Shown here piece by piece: positions 53,183 through 54,217 of a stretch of DNA of 54,217 nucleotides. The position numbers and the translations under genes are program-made. Every line of letters starts with the position of its first letter. The stretch's first letter is position 1. The notes beneath the pieces were generated by a model. The model had not been told where the DNA came from. It was given only the letters and a program-made list of their open reading frames with translations, and made no database searches. The stretch comes from a virus (lineage: Duplodnaviria > Caudoviricetes): positions 1-54,217 of IMG/VR virus record IMGVR_UViG_3300039448_000022, one strand, 5' to 3'.

Positions 53183-54217
53183 ATGAGGCTACCAGTCAGG
53201 CAGGGAGGCCGCCTACCTTCTCATGCGAAGGAGAAACGCCTTGCTGAGATGATTAGGCGCAGTGTGTTTGAGCTTAACGGCACTCAATGGGGTGGGTTGA
53301 GTGAGCGGGTTGTACTGGATGGTGATGTTGAGATCGAGTGGTTTGGTACGTGGCCTTCTGTGACAGGTGGTTGGTTTTTTGCGGATACTTCTGACGATGA
53401 TGAAAACGAATCGCGGTTCCTAACGAACGGCGGCGCTATTTCGGGTTTTGGATTTCCGTCCGCAACTGCACTATCTACAATTCCAGCCGCATCGGTAATT
53501 CATCGTTATCAGTATATAAGAACCGGTAATTCTGTTGGTTTCTATGTCAACGGTAATTTGCTAGCAACTACGAGTTATAGCGGACAGCTATCGTTTAATT
53601 CGTTGTTTACTAAATGGGCGTCGTCGAGCGGTATACCTAAATTTTCTGGTATTTTTTATGATCTCAAAATCTGGACTAACGGCGACCGGAATACCGGTGA
53701 TTTAATCGACATTCCATTTAACGAGCGCGACACGGATTATCAGCGTGATTTAACGTCAACAATTACAGACAAAAACGACCCAAATTGGCGCGGCGTCATA
53801 CTGCAAAACGCACGGCCTGAAGACTGGACGCAGGTTGAGAGAAAGCGGTGGTGGAATTATTGGTTGGATGGTGGCTCTCAAGCAGAAACCCGCTGGTTTA
53901 GAAAAAATAGATTGCTATCCGGATATAAATTTCCTTTAACAGAAATCGGCGGCGATTTTGAGATGACGTTCGATGCGACATTGCCGCTACCCTCGTCGAA
54001 CGGGGGTTATATTTTTGCGACGAATGAGTTAGTAGAAGATAGATTTTTAATCGACAACGACAGAGTTGTGCGTGATGATCTTGGACTAGCCGCGGTTGGC
54101 ACTATGAGCGGCGGATCAATCCCTCAAAGTTTATATATCGCAAATTTGCTCTATAATTTTAAGATTTCGCGCATCGGGAATAATATTGAGTTTAAAATTA
54201 ATAATATATTTACTGCA
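53183..54217 (+). CDS. partial ConA/LamG-like lectin-domain protein (fibre or decoration); runs off window
   Basis: Open for 345 codons; two repeats of DGDVEIEW / GGDFEMTF...RTGNSVGFYVNG / RIGNNIEFKINN; FSGIFYDLKIW. Confidence 0.7.
   Translation, partial: MRLPVRQGGRLPSHAKEKRLAEMIRRSVFELNGTQWGGLSERVVLDGDVEIEWFGTWPSVTGGWFFADTSDDDENESRFLTNGGAISGFGFPSATALSTIPAASVIHRYQYIRTGNSVGFYVNGNLLATTSYSGQLSFNSLFTKWASSSGIPKFSGIFYDLKIWTNGDRNTGDLIDIPFNERDTDYQRDLTSTITDKNDPNWRGVILQNARPEDWTQVERKRWWNYWLDGGSQAETRWFRKNRLLSGYKFPLTEIGGDFEMTFDATLPLPSSNGGYIFATNELVEDRFLIDNDRVVRDDLGLAAVGTMSGGSIPQSLYIANLLYNFKISRIGNNIEFKINNIFTA

Noticed and set aside
1-54217. Reverse transcriptase/DGR, CRISPR-Cas, IS elements, invertase or integrase
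   Set aside because: No such motifs recognised in any ORF of this window

Overview
A 54 kb segment of a temperate phage or prophage from a marine gammaproteobacterium; the CsrA and SSB sequences suggest an Oceanospirillales-like host, which is inference. The left ~14.5 kb is a lambdoid early region: a leftward operon (csrA, Rad52-like annealase), a cI/cro/cII switch with 434-like operators, tRNA-Arg(UCU), an HNH nuclease, a replication initiator with iterons, a cytosine MTase, NinB, a Tad2/DUF2829 protein and SSB. The rest is a P1-like (Punavirus-like) morphogenesis region: terminase with an intein, lysis genes, tail and baseplate genes, the hdf-darA-darB-ulx antirestriction module, portal, tub, a short sit-like tape measure, prohead protease, gp24/7/26/25-like genes and fibre genes. 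P1 homologies were assigned from remembered motifs, not database searches. The most notable unexplained structures are: (1) four tiny gene cassettes at 38.1-39.25 kb bounded by attC-like TAAC...GTTA hairpins, three with perfectly self-complementary ends and one degenerate, with no integrase in the window; (2) six copies of a fixed-geometry promoter motif, GGAAA-N29-(-10), in front of late operons; (3) a C4 antisense RNA/antirepressor cassette flanked by a duplicated gene end; (4) two candidate structured RNAs. Major capsid, sheath and integrase/partition genes were not recognised in this window.
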